Source of the DNA: Eledone cirrhosa
Taxonomy: Eukaryota
Assembly: GCA_964016885.1 (NCBI GenBank)
Contig: OZ024741.1
Span: 85,002,001 to 85,066,000 of the forward strand
Direction of reading: 5' to 3'
DNA length: 64,000 nucleotides
Shown here: piece after piece, positions 14,418-27,708 of the stretch
Numbering within the stretch: position 1 is the first letter of the stretch
Layout: every line of letters starts with the position of its first letter
Notes under the pieces: generated by a model
Seen by the model: only the letters and a program-made list of their open reading frames with translations
Told to the model about the DNA's origin: nothing
Databases searched by the model: none
Position numbers and translations under genes: made by a program

Positions 14418-14489
14418 CGTGTGTGTATTATGTATGTACGTATGTATGTAAAACCACTGTGTGACTTTTTGGCCACCCTGTATATGCAT

Positions 14490-14662
14490 AGTTTCTACAG
14501 TTTCTATTTACCAAATCTCACTTACAATTCATTAGTTTTCGCAAAACCTGAGCCTATTGTGGAAGGCACTTACCCAATATGCAACGAACTGGCGCAATAC
14601 TAATCACCAATAGCCGACGCCCACGTAGCGGTGAACCAAATTTATTAGCCACACAGCCATGT
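14490..14662 (-). mobile_element. Diverged tRNA-derived SINE (second family)
   Basis: The minus strand starts catggctgtgtggctaata...ttgggtaagtgccttccacaataggctcagg...gatttggtaaatagaaactgtagaaa. A related + strand copy lies at about 33125-33290. Confidence 0.55.
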
Positions 14663-15150
14663 CTATACCTATCACTTTAATATTTCTATTTTTATTTTAT
14701 ATATCTTTAATATTTTTTTTCTTTTTGCTATTTCATCTTAAATGAGTTCGTCATTTATCACAGTTAATTTCTCATAAGTCACACACAAACTAACAGGTAA
14801 TCCTGTTACTTATCATGACAGTCTTTCCTGAGAATCTGTGTATCTTTTTAGTTGTTGCTTTTATTTCAACCATAAGATACTATTAATCATTGTTTTATAC
14901 GTCCGCTACAATTTTATTTTATTTTGGCTGCCATTTTTGTTGTTCATTATGTTTGTTCTTTGTACAGACATTTTCCTTTTCTCTAGTATTGAAACTCATA
15001 GAGTAATGTCAAGTAAAAGAAACCGTAGCAACAAAAATTGGAAATGTTAAATATTCATCAATTAAAAATAAATAAACAAATAATGGAGTAAATAAATAAT
15101 AATAAATTTTAATGAATTGTTCATCTTATTTAACATTAGTGCAAATCGAA

Positions 15151-15309
15151 AGAAGAAGAAGAAGAAGAAGAAGAAGAAGAAGAAGAAGAAGAAGAAGAAG
15201 AAGAAGAAGAAGAAGAAGAAGAAGAAGAAGAAGAAGAAGAAGAAGAAGAAGAAGAAGAAGAAGAAGAAGAAGAAGAAGAAGAAGAAGAAGAAGAAGAAGA
15301 AGAAGAAGA
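15151..15309 (+). repeat. Pure (GAA)n tract, about 53 units
   Basis: Uninterrupted AGA repeat. It explains the poly-R, poly-K and poly-L ORFs. Confidence 0.97.
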
Positions 15310-15589
15310 GACAAATTTCAGACAGAATATATTGAAACTTATATTTTTAGAACTATTGACTGGTGATAGATTTATATAGGTTAGGTTTATGGAGTGATTT
15401 CTTCTATGTAACTGATTTTAAGCTAAATTTAACAGGTCTAAATTAATAAAATTCATTGCGAGCAATTTTTAGTCCTAAATTATTGAATATGATTACGATC
15501 TTCATTCTAAGATTGCTAGTGTCTGTCTGTCATTACTTATGTGACACAGCATGGGTAAATTCAAGCAATGGTTTTTAACCATGACACTT

Positions 15590-17215
15590 ACTTTAGGGGC
15601 AAATCTCCCTGACTGGGCAACTGTGCATACAATGGAAACAACCTGATGCAAAAGGTAGTATCAAATTGAGAGATCTTCAAAGATACCAGCAGAAAACGTG
15701 TACCTATTGCGTAACCTAAACAAAATTCTTGATGCCTAAATAACAGGAAATATTTTACTGTATTCTAAAAATATGGGCACCGCCGTGAGCCAATTTTCAC
15801 TCATCAAGAGGACACCTACAAATATCTTGGCATCTTTGAATGCAGAGGGATAAGTCACACCCAAATGAAGAAAAGAGTCAGAAAAGAATATTATAGACGG
15901 ATGCGACTTATCTTAAACACAAAATTCTATTGAAAGAACAGAATATCTGCGATAAAGATTTTACATAGTTGAATGGGTATTACAGGATAACAAGTGTGGA
16001 TACAAAGACACATAAACACTTCACATGTCACCGTATACACCACCCTAAAGCGGAAGTTTAGCAGCTCTACCTTCCTAGATCTGCAACAATATCTCGAATT
16101 AACCAATAATTGGATGATAGAAGCCGTGAAACAGCATGAAGCCAACTAAAGGCTTTACTCTGTGATAAAAGAAAGCATAAAAGTGACACAAGAAACTCCT
16201 CTTCCACCAACAGGGTCAGCAAAGGCTACACAAACAAAAGTAAAGGAAGCCACTCTTGAGCAGATGAAGGAAAATGGCTAAATAAGCCACTACATGGCCA
16301 GTACTTGACTCGAATCAGCCAAACTGATTTAAACAAAACCTAAATCCATCAGTGGCTGCGCAGTTCAGGGCCGAAGGCCGAAACAGAAGGTTTAATACTG
16401 GCTGCACAAAACCAATGCTTTGCCACAAAAAACGTTTCAAGCAAACATTGGGAAAACATAATGACTCAAAATGCTGGTTCTGTTACAGAAATACTGAAAG
16501 TGGATTATTTAATGTCAACATCACCTTAGCGCAGTATCAATACAAAAGTACACCCACTAGAAGATATGTAAGTCCGATGGAAATGATGTAACAAAAACTG
16601 GTATCAACATCATCCAGATTCGGTAACTGAAATTGGTAATGTAATAATACTGTGGGATTTTACAATACACACAGACAGGACAATCAAAGCTAACTGATCA
16701 GATATAATAAAAGATTAAAAAAACAAAATGTGCTTCATGATAGACATGTCAGTACCTGTGGATTACAATATGTCTTTCAAGATATTTGAAAAGATCTCAA
16801 AATACAAGCATCTTGAAATAGAGATTGAAAATTTTGGGGTATGAAGATGACCACTATTCCAGTTGTAGTTGAACCACTGGGCCTGAAAAACAAAGGAACT
16901 GACAATCTCATAGACCACATGTCAGGTAAACCTTTTATAAAAGAAATTTAAAAGATCGTAGTTACTAGTACTGCCCACATTTTGCGAAGAGTATTGTCAA
17001 TTTAATGGTGGGAGGGCAAGCCACGTTGTATCCATCAACAAAAAGTGCACATTATCCATTATGTATTTTGTAACAATCAATTAATCTATGGAGCTGGAAA
17101 AATGTGTCATAACAAACCATCACCCACCCCGGGCCCCTGGTTGAGACACGATGGGATGTATGTGAATATACAGATATCCATGGAAAATAATAATAACGAT
17201 AATAACAATAGTAAT
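15590..17215 (+). mobile_element. Decayed R4/Dong-clade non-LTR retrotransposon with restriction-like endonuclease
   Basis: About 16270-17005 reads, across stops and frameshifts, KPLHGQY...HQWLRSSGPKAETEGLILAAQNQ, a CWFC knuckle remnant, ILWDFTIHTDRTIKAN*SDII, CFMIDMSVP, EKISKYKHLEIEIE and TIPVVVEPLGL. The 3' UTR ends in a (TAA)-rich tail. The 5' boundary is uncertain. Confidence 0.85.
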
Positions 17216-17561
17216 TTCAAATCGACTATAAAGAAAAAGAATCTGAAATCTAAAAAATGTATTATTCTATTTGCATTGTAAGGGTATTTTATATTCAGCT
17301 GTATATCTTCTGTAAACTTGAATTAAAGTTTTGAAATTATATACTTTGAATTCTTAATTAGATCGTATGCGTTATATGTGAGCTATAAATCGTCTTGCTT
17401 CCTGAATTTGATAGGCTATGTCGTCAGAAATTCACTAACAGATCAATGTCTATGCCACATCTAGCTATTAATATTCCAGAAGGGAGATAACTTACTTTAG
17501 CTGCAGTAAAACCCCACCATATGTTCCTGACGGAAGCTTTGACTCTCTTCCTCTCTGTCTC

Positions 17562-17694
<133 letters not shown>

Positions 17695-17892
17695 ATATAT
17701 ATATATTATATATATATTATGGAATACTTTTGGCTTCTTGCTACAATACTTTATATATCTTTCATTTATATATATATATATTTATGTGTGTGTGTGTGTG
17801 TATGTGTTTGTGCATGTATGTGTATATGTACGTATTCAAGGTTGCTTCAACAAACAAAAATAAATATATTGAAAAATTCCTGACGGCTTGAA

Positions 17893-17965
<73 letters not shown>

Positions 17966-18035
17966 TTCTCTCTCTCTCTCTCTCTCTCTCTACTGTACCG
18001 ATTGTGTTATTTCTGTTTACCTTTTACATACATAC

Positions 18036-18116
<81 letters not shown>

Positions 18117-18229
18117 GAAAGTTGCTTCAACAAAAAAAATAAATATATTGAAAAAATTGTCGAGAATAAAGAATGGCGATGAGGAGGAGTAGGAGGAGAC
18201 GATGCTGCTGCTGGTGATGACGATGATGT

Positions 18230-18790
18230 TCATTGAGTTGGTAATGGTGGTGTTGGTGGTGGGGGTGGGGTCGTAATGGTGGGGGGTGTTGGGGTGGGGG
18301 TGGGGTCGTAACGGTGGGGGGTAATGGTGGTGTTGGGGGTGGGGTTGTAATGGTATGTGGGGGGATGATGGTGTTGGTGGGGGATTAATGGTAGTATCGG
18401 TTGGGGGTAATGGTGGTGGGAGTGGTGGGGGTGGGGTCGTAATCGTGGGGGAGTAATGATGGTGTTGGTGGGGGTAATGGTGGTTTTGGTTGGGGGGTAA
18501 TGGTGGTGTTGGTAGTGGGGTCGGGTCGTAATGGTGGGGGGTAATGATGGTGTTGGGGGGGTAATGGAAGGCGGGGTCCGGAGAGAGGGGGAGAGGGGGT
18601 AGTATGGTGCGGGGTGGGGGGAGGGGGGGGGGGGGGGAATGGTGGTTATTGTGGGGGGGGGGGGGGGGGGGTATGGTAATGCTGGTGTTGGGGGAGGGGG
18701 GAGGGGGTAATGGGGGTAATATGGGGGGTAATGGGGGGTTACTGTGGGGGGGGGGGGGTAATGGAGGTGTTGGGGTGGTGGTATGAGGGG
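18230..18790 (+). repeat. G-rich degenerate (GGT)n / G-run tract
   Basis: Dozens of G4 to G18 runs on one strand. Confidence 0.9.
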
Positions 18791-19054
18791 GCTTTCGTGA
18801 TGTCGCTGATGTTGATGTTGATGTTCATGTTGATGGTGGTGATGACGATGATGATGTTGACGATGAAGAAACTATTTTTTTTTTTAGCATAGACGTAAGC
18901 CCAGCTGTGTTACTTGAGTTCACTTCGTGCCTACATGGTTTGGGATTCTGCAGAAACCCGCCATATATATATATATGTGTGTGTGTATCTGCATGTGTGC
19001 GCGTGTGAGTGTGTGTAAATATATATATATATATACATATATATATGTGTATGC

Positions 19055-19134
<80 letters not shown>

Positions 19135-19384
19135 ATTTGCCGCAGTCGTTTTTCGTTTCTCACAACTTTTCTATATCAAACATTGTTTGTAATAAAGGTA
19201 GCTAGCCAGAATGTTGAGTGGAGGAGGTTATTAATGAAAACGAGGCCGAGACGAGAATTTTATAGTTTCGACTCGGGCAAGATTAAAGGAACAATTGGAC
19301 TGGGTGAGTTATGAACTCAGGATATAACGAATTGTTAAGGAGCTCGCTTCCCAATCATGAGGTCACGGATTCAGTCCTTCTGAG

Positions 19385-19600
19385 GGGCGTCTTGTTGAGG
19401 AACTTGGCCTAGTGATAAACGTGATGGACTTACGATTATAATGCCATGGGTTCAATTCTTGTGCTGGGTTGCGTTCTTGAGCAAAACACTTCATTTCACC
19501 TTGCTCCAGTATACTCAGCTGAAAATGATTACCAGCATCAGCTTCGGGTTTAATCCTGCAATGGACTGGCGTCCTGTCCATGGGAAATATTGTACCCTCA
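19385..19600 (+). mobile_element. tRNA-derived SINE (third family)
   Basis: tggcctagtgata...gggttcaattc...ttcttgagcaaaacacttcatttcaccttgctccagtatactcagctg...cctgcaatggactggcgtcctgtcca. Related pieces lie at about 28310-28405 (+), 29150-29310 (-) and 34495-34595 (+). Confidence 0.6.
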
Positions 19601-20302
19601 GTCGGGATAAGCACCGGTCAAACGAATCTTCTAGCTTCAGACAGACTTTAGACATTAGACTGCGGGGTCTCTTACCACAGCGCCGGGTCGACTGGTGCTT
19701 TGCGATTGTAATTATTAACAAAAGGTCTTTAGAAGTCCGTTAGGATCGACTGTATCCGTAATCCGAATGATCAACCTTCTCACACACTAAATCTCCCTGA
19801 GGATTGGGTTAAGGTTAAACATATTTGTGGAATGTTCAGATGAACAAGTTGTTCTGTTAATCGAACAACTGGAACACTCATCAGCGAAATCGACGAAGGT
19901 CCAATCCGGTTGCAATTCAGTCAATCACTGCTGATGGTGATGGATACCAAACCTACACGCTATGCGATTCTGAATCTGAGAGTTATTTTCAGAAGAAAGT
20001 CTACTTACTACACAGGAATATATGTTACGTACATGCCATGGCACGACCCGACTGATGGAGCAGCAAACTTTTATAGAGTAATGAAGGCATTATGTAGTAG
20101 TGATAATAACATTACAACAACGGTAATAGTAATAATAATAATAATAATGGTTTCTTTATTAATAATAATAATGATGATTATAATAGTAATGATGAGAAGA
20201 AGAAGAAGAAGAAGAAAATTAGGAGGAGGGGTAGGTGGGTGGGAAGAAGTAGTAGTAGTAGTAGTTAGTAGTAATAGTAGCAGTAGTAGCAGTAGTAGTA
20301 AT

Positions 20303-20360
<58 letters not shown>

Positions 20361-20903
20361 ATAGGAGGAGGAGGGGGGAGAAGAAGAAGAAGAAGAAGAA
20401 GAAGAAGAAGAAGAAGAAGAAGAAGAAGGGCCGTTGTAACCCTATAATGATGATGACGAGTAGGGGAGGAGGAGGGGTGATGATGATGAGGAGGAGGAGA
20501 GTACATCTCTGATTTATATTGACAACAGCACAGGCCATTTACTAATCACCCACGATAAGTAGTACTAACCAGTTGAGAATTATATAATGATGTTGCGAAA
20601 TAAATTAATTTAAAAACCCTCGAGTAGAATAAATTTCTAACTAATTGGATTGTTGGAACTTCGTTGAATAAGAATGATCTCATAAGATATTAATTGTGAT
20701 TGTGAGCGGGTATGTGTGAATGTGTGTGTGTATGTGCGTGTGTGTAGGAGTGTTTGGGCTTTGGCTAGAGATGTATAGGTATAAGATAAGGTCAAGGTAA
20801 AAATACTAAAGAAATGCTTAATATGGGATTACTAGTGCACACACGCATTTATAAACGTAATACCTTCACACGCACACACACACATACACACACACACACG
20901 CAC

Positions 20904-20985
<82 letters not shown>

Positions 20986-20987
<2 letters not shown>

Positions 20988-21173
20988 CGAAGGAAATGTG
21001 GTAAGAAACCAGTTGGACCATAACGCACCAGAATACTCGATACTATGGGTAGTAAAGTGGGTAATAGGAAAAGAGTCAGGATCCTGACGGCTGAGCTCCG
21101 GCCGTTTCGACAGCTAGTTCAGAACTAGCTGTCGAAACAGCCGGAGCTTACCCGTTGGAGTCCTGACTCTTTT

Positions 21174-21178
<5 letters not shown>
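20986..21178 (-). mobile_element. Diverged copy of the 3424 palindromic TA-inserted family
   Basis: Same tail (aacgaaggaaatgtggtaag) and a palindrome at 21064-21177 centred on gacagctagttc/gaactagctgtc. Both sides are (TA)n. Confidence 0.8.
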
Positions 21179-21239
<61 letters not shown>

Positions 21240-21864
21240 ATGGAAAAGAATGAAATGAAATTTCATTTCTCACTCTTACTTACATTTATATATATATATA
21301 TATATTTATATCCAAAATTAAATAGTTGATATATATATATATAATGATACGAAACGAAAGGAGACGTGTGGTTACTAAAATCAAGCTTTAGGATGGTGGT
21401 TAGGACGGAAGAAGAGGAGAAAAGAAGAAAGAATCCTTCGTCAGCTGTAAACTGCGATCCAGATTTTCTGCGCTTATTTACAGGACATCTATAGCGATCG
21501 GGTGCGCCCGAGGCCTTCTCTTAACCAAAAGGCCAGGAGGTCAAGAAGAGAAAGGAGAGAAAAAAAGGAAGAAAAAAGAGGGAAAGAGGAAGAAGAACAA
21601 AGGGGGAAAGGTGGTGAGGAGAGAGGAAGAAAGAGAAAAGTGAAAAATAGAAGAAAAAAAACAGGTGAACAGATCCCATCGTGGGAAGACACAGGACAAA
21701 GAAACAAGCAAATAAGTAACCGTGAAAAAATAAGATAAGTTAGTTATAGCAAACCTAATAGACTTAAGCCTGGTGGTGTGCGCTAACTAGGAGACGGATT
21801 TAGCATGTTGACTCTCTCGTAGACGAGAGAGAGAGAGAGACACGAGCAACCGGAAGTGACATTA

Positions 21865-22320
21865 AAAATTAGAATTGGAGCTCTGAAATAGCAATATATA
21901 TATGGATGTATATATAATGTATTTTGCAATACACTTTATGCCTAATTAAAAGCATTTTGTATATATCCATATATATATTGCTATTTCAGAGCTCCAATTC
22001 TAATTTTTAATTTCTACCTGACCAACAACCGCTCTGCATAATCAGCTCCTGATTATTTACTAGATTTCTATAAGAATATAACATCATTGATCTCAGTAGA
22101 CAGGTGGGGTAGTTGGCCTTGATAAGCTTCAACCAAAGCGAAACATGTCATGTCGGCTTATCTCCCCTGTTTGCTGAGATCAAAGTGAGTGAATTTGTCA
22201 CTACTTTAAAACAATAGCTTACGGTCTTCAAAATGCTTTTAATTAAGCATAAAGTGTATTGCAAAATACATTATATATACATCCATATATATATTGCTAT
22301 TTCAGAGCTCCAATTCTAAT
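21865..22320 (+). mobile_element. Retrozyme-like ~315-bp monomer with terminal redundancy and a 5' inverted segment
   Basis: atccatatatatattgctatttcagagctccaattctaat occurs at about 21966 and 22282. 21865-21959 is the reverse complement of the unit's 3' end. It contains an HHR and ends at (TA)n. Confidence 0.75.
22087..22183 (+). ncRNA. Type I hammerhead ribozyme with U3-A8 core variant and extended stem I
   Basis: gcc-TTGATAA-gctt/caacca/aagc-GAAA-catgtcatGTC-ggc, enclosed by the long stem ttgatctcagtagacagg / cctgtttgctgagatcaa. Confidence 0.75.
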
Positions 22321-22494
22321 ATATATATATATATATATATGTTAATTGACTTAATTTAATGTTAATAAATGCTCGGATTTATTACTTGGAATCTTTGAGC
22401 TTACTCCACTGGTGGCATGGCGCATGCTTCTGATATTCTCAGTCATGGCATCTTTAATATAATTTTGGTAGTATATATATATATATATGTGTAT

Positions 22495-22561
<67 letters not shown>

Positions 22562-22571
22562 TATGTGTGTG

Positions 22572-22608
<37 letters not shown>

Positions 22609-22769
22609 CGCCGAAACATCTGGATTGCGGATTTTTAGAGCTGACGAAGGATTCTTTCTTCTTTTCTCCTCTTGTTCCGTCCTAATCACCATCCTAAACC
22701 TTGTTTTTAGTAACCACACAGCTCCTTTCGTTTCGTATCATTTTATATATATATACATATATATATAAT

Positions 22770-23806
22770 CTGATTCAAACGTCCATTAGGTAGTAGTAGC
22801 AACATTGTCTGCGCTACCTTAGGCTAAAATAGTGACACTTTAGTTAACAGCAGGCGGGAGGCGAAGGAGGATCAATATAGACTTCATGTTGTATTGCCTC
22901 CTAGTCCAGTCCCAATGACGACGGTACCAAGGAGCAACCAAGGAGGCAGTTAACACTAGTATAGTTAATAAGAACAAGAGGCATCAGACCAGAAAAATCC
23001 TGTGGTACAACCCCCCATACTCCACCGGCCTGACCACTAGTATAGCTAAGCTTTTCTTTAGGGCCTTAGACAATGCTTCCCTAGGTTCACACAAATACTA
23101 TAAAATATTCAATAGGAATACCATCAAGCTGTCCTACTCCACAATCAGTAACATAGCTTAGAATATAGCTAAGATGAATTATAGTAGACTTAGGACAGCC
23201 CAGGGTGGGATGAGGCTTGGCAGAACTAATGGCAATTCTATGCATGAACGGACTCATACGCGTTAGGTGAGTCGGGCCACCCCAACCCCTGGGAACTTAC
23301 CTATAGAGCAGACAAGTACTGAGACCCGACACCAGAGGCACCGTGGCTCCTCAAGAACTACCCCGGTTGGTAGCAGAAATGTAATTGCAGGAACACCGCT
23401 GTTTGCCCATTGGCTGGGACATGCCTCACCAAAAACAAAGTCTACGACAGTAAGGTCTCCACTTTAGATAGAACGTTCAGGTATGTTGGGGCGATTGCCA
23501 TTGAATTTAATGATAGATGGTATGATCACCGCCATACCTTTATAGATTAGATAATAAACAAATGGCAGGGCACTTTCTGAAGTAGTCTGGAACCTTAAAC
23601 AACCGAATATAGAGCACTCCTTATCCTGGTCCATAGTTTGCTCAGCCCGGCCATATATCGGCAGCACGGGCGTTTGAAATTTATGTATAGATGAAACCTT
23701 TAATATAATTAGAGGCGGCCCCCTACTAATCAATAGGAGAGCGGACTTTTTCAGCATCTGCCAGCATAGAACCTCGAAAACCTTCCTCAGGATTTTTAGA
23801 AAGTAA
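22770..23806 (+). pseudogene. Naiad-like PLE 3' half (linker plus GIY-YIG), decayed
   Basis: RKILWYNPPYS...HKYYKIFNRNTIKLSYST, CNCRNTAVCPLAGTCL, FRYVG...FNDRWYDH, ALSEVVWNLK...WSIV...GV*NLCIDE...LINRRADFFSICQH. Several stops and frameshifts are present. Confidence 0.88.
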
Positions 23807-24313
23807 CCTACCACTAACTCCACCCTTTTTACCTTAGCCATAGAGTTCTCTCAATTAGCAAAAAATAGACAATCACACACTGAGGAAGTAGACAGCTAAG
23901 ATCGTTTGCGCACTTATACACGGTACTCGGTATGTTTCCACAGAGTTCTCACAGCTGAGTGCACATTTACCATTACTTTAGAATACCTAGTTAGTAAATA
24001 GTTAGAACAATTACACACTCAGTTAAGACCGATTACGCGCACTCACCATTAGTTTAAAATACCCTAACCATAGAGTTCTCTCAGTTAGTAAATAGTTAAA
24101 CGTATTACACACTCAGTTAAGAACGACTACGCTCTTTATACATAATTCTACACACAGTACCCGGTTTCTTTAGACACGGAGTTTCCACAGTTATGACTAG
24201 TCACGATCTTATCAATTGAATACTACACTAGGCTTTTTGGTCTGCGAACCTCTAACCATGGAGTGCTCACAGTTGCTGAATGGACAATACTACATACACG
24301 CCATCAATGGGCC

Positions 24314-26292
24314 TGTAACAAGAGTTGCTTCCCTTGATGTGACGATCACATCACCAATAGAGTAACGCTCTCTAAACAGGAAGTAGCTGGAGTTACTTCC
24401 CGTTGGGGTGGCAGAGCCCTTTTTGTCACTTCCGTCCCATGACGTATACAAGGAATAACTTTCAGCTCTCTACCTCTCATTTGCCCTTTCTGCTGCTGGC
24501 GAGTTCACCTGGCAACCCTCACTTCAAAACGGTAACAAATAACTTTACTTCATTCTTTCATCTACTTTCAACTATACTATTCTACATAACCTCAAATTGT
24601 TAATTAAACTTTATATACACAACCTAGTGTCTTGTTATATTCATACAATCCAGTATTTTGTTATAAGTGGTGACCCCGAAAAAAGAAAAAATGATAGGAT
24701 CTGGTGTTGTGTGAATATATATAAAAAAATTAATTAACAGTACCCCATTTTCGTTGGAATGTGTCGACCAACATTTCGAATACGCAGCAAACTTTATTAA
24801 CAAACAAGGAAAAATTCGCAGACACAGAAACGAACACACGCACATGTGAAATTCTCATTCAGTCAGACTCTTTTTCAACATGAACAATTATTTTTGCTGA
24901 ATCTCAACTATTGTTTATTCTTTCCACCAAGTGTTTTTTTCATCGTTCACAAAAAAATTGAACTCGACATATTTGTTATACTAAGTGAAGCCTTTCTTTC
25001 TTTTTCATCATATTGTCACGTTCACACACACATTTTTCAAAATGGCTGCCAACGACCTGTTGCACTATCATTTTCGCGCCATTTTCTCGCGAAATAGAAA
25101 TTTTTTTCTTTTCAACTTAACCTTGTTTCGGCACGTGTAGGCAGCACACATCTCGACTCACTGAGATACCACACACCAAGGATTCTCCAGCCTTAAGCTA
25201 TATTCTCCTTTGCCGGTTTAAAAATTTACCACGTAAATTTGCCGTTGAAAACAGCGCATTTATTCACAATGCTTATTTCTTTGGTCGCTGGCCTCTTGAC
25301 CTTTCCAGGTCAACGCATTCTCAACATCGACCATCAACTTTGGCTGTTATTTCTAGCACTTTGCGCAACTCATTTTTTCTGTGAAATTTTTTACTGTGAA
25401 TTTAAACATCGAATACGCTCAATCCGCGAGACAACAACATCAACAACAACAATACAGCTTCATCAACAACCAAAACCAGCAGAACAAGCCAGATAATGTA
25501 TTTTTGCAGCTCTCTTCCTGTGAGAAAATCCCTTCGGAGGTTGGAAATTTCACGTTATACTACAGACCAGAAACCACCTGCATTCATTCTCTGGAACACA
25601 CTTTCTTTCCTGCTGTCATGTGATTGCACACCTGTGAACTGTATTTTGAACATTTGAAATTTGACCTCTTCTTTTACTTTGATTACATTGTATCTTTGGG
25701 TGATGGATAGATAGATGTCCAGTCGTTCTCTGGCCAAGAGCGGTTGGCTACCTTGATATATATCATTGATTTTTGCATGCATATATTTTGTTGTTTTCCT
25801 TTTATTGCAAACATTATTTTTTACGTAATTTTCATGCCTGTTACATGCTCGCCATCTTACTCCATACATGTTTCATTCGATTTTTATGTTTTGAAAATCT
25901 GGCGGGAGATACTGTAGCAAGAGTTGCCTCCCTTGATGTGATCACATCACCAATAGAATAACGCTCTCTAAACAGGAAGTAGCTGGAGTTGCTTCCCGTT
26001 GGGGTGGCAGAGCCCTTTTTGTCACTTCCGTCCCAGGACCTATAAAGGGAATAACTTTCAGCTCTCTACCTCTCATTTGACCTTTCAGCTGCTGGCGCGT
26101 TCGCCTGGCAACCCTAACATGGTCTCTTGCGAGCTCACTTCAAAACAGTAACAAATAACTTTACTTCATTCTTTCATCTACTTTTATTGACTTGTCAACT
26201 ATACTATTCTACATAACCTCAAATTGTTAATTAAACTTTATATACACAACCTAGTGTCTTGTTATATTCATACAATCCAGTATTTTGTTATA
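24314..26292 (+). mobile_element. Complete non-autonomous LTR retroelement (TRIM/LARD-like, probably Gypsy-derived)
   Basis: Direct LTRs at 24314-24665 and 25913-26292, both tgt...tgttata. GGCC TSD at 24310-24313 and 26293-26296. PBS after the 5' LTR, purine-rich ggcgggagatac before the 3' LTR, and a ~1.25-kb interior with no pol. Confidence 0.92.
24668..24679 (+). promoter_or_regulatory. Primer-binding site complementary to the tRNA-Trp 3' end
   Basis: tggtgaccccga lies 2 nt after the 5' LTR. Metazoan tRNA-Trp ends ...UCGGGGUCACCA. Confidence 0.85.
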
Positions 26293-27169
26293 GGCCCATG
26301 ACACTTATACACATCCCCGGGGTTTTGTTATTTTATTTTATTTTTGTGTTGGGTGACGCACCTCCACCACTCAAACACTTATCTTAAAAGCCCAAGGGTC
26401 CATATGACTGGAAAACGCACACACTGTCACCTTAACTCAAATACCCAACCCTACATGGAGCCCCTTGGTGGCCTACATGGCGGGTGCTTGCACGCACAGA
26501 CTCAGGGACTAAGATTCTCAACGGGACAACAGCACATACAGAGTTCGATACGAGCTGACTACTTGCACTGCACATGGATGTGTATATGCCAAAACATACA
26601 CTATTTAGACGATACGAATGTTACAATTCAATCGATACACGTATTTCCGAACGTTGAACGGAATTTACTTGCGTGTGTATAGGGTTGTAGTTGACCCAAT
26701 TTTTCTAATTTACATCGTTAAAATTGAGAGTTGACCAATATAACATTTGTTGTTTTGTAACCTAACTTTCGGTGCATACTATGTTGGTTTATATATTTTT
26801 TCTCTGACCTCGCGTCGGTGTGTATGTACTTACTCACACTAATTGTGACCGACCAAAATTCTACAGATTGGATGTTGAGATTACAGTTGTCCAGCGTCTT
26901 TTACAGCTATTGAGAGATAGAGACTTGATAGATTTATGAGCCTGACTGAAGACGATAGTAGTCGGCGTGTTTTGGTTGCTGAATTTTCATAGGGGTACAG
27001 AACTCTAGTGAGTGAACATCGTTAGTTTTTTTCCTCCCTCATATCAAAGATTTGAAGACAACTCATTATTCACCTGATGAGATCAGTGACAATCGATCAT
27101 GACCTCACGATCGATCTATCTCTTATAGAAAAAAATGTGTGATATAAAACCAGAACATACATACATACA

Positions 27170-27708
27170 TACATGATGGCTGCCCCCTCATTATTGAGTA
27201 TGGCCATTGCACGATATACCATTATTAATAATTATTAATTAATTATATCGTGCAATGCCTGTGCGTGGATATTTTTTAAAGTGAGGAAAGACTGTGAACT
27301 GAGCCAATCCCACTCTCTGGGCGACAGTAGCTATAACCCGAAAAGAAGAAAAGATCAACATCATCGGTAACTACTGAGTCGCAGGTTTTATATCGGAGTT
27401 ATCCCAGTTTCCTGAGTTGCCTTCTCCTAGAAGAATGCCTTGACAAAGGCTAGGGGTCCTTCGCTCCCGGTGGTTTAACCGCGTGGCACATGTGTATATT
27501 CATATTTACACACTTTTGGATGGCCGTTGACTCTTATGAGTTCTTCCGCCCTTTGTCAGGTTTTGTTTTTTGTCCTGCAGGGTGTCCAAAATCATCTTCC
27601 TCGCCACGTAAACTTGGTGGGGTTGCCGGTTTAGTCGTCGACGACACGACCATGCGACAGATTGTACTGGGTTACATCTTACCAGTAGCACTCGAGGGTG
27701 ATCCGACA
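27170..27708 (-). mobile_element. Second copy of the RTE-related non-autonomous retroposon
   Basis: Collinear with 8322-8919 and flanked by (TACA)n on both sides. Confidence 0.65.

Larger units (their letters stand above)
21343..22745. mobile_element. PLE-derived element with separated inverted arms and nested insertions
   Basis: 21343-21475 and 22608-22745 are diverged reverse complements. A decayed HHR lies at 21455-21500 (-): cgatcg-ctataga-tgtcct..aagcgca-GAAA-atc-tggatcg. Confidence 0.65.

Noticed and set aside
14462-14484. Tc1-like terminal sequence (tacagggtggccaaaaagtc on the minus strand)
   Set aside because: No partner TIR or transposase was found nearby.
19910-20512. 200-aa ORF with poly-I/R/S/K runs
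   Set aside because: A chain of trinucleotide microsatellites.
26945-27120. ctgaaga and ctgatga motifs at the end of the 22770 PLE
   Set aside because: No properly placed GAAA or stem I, so at best fully decayed HHRs.
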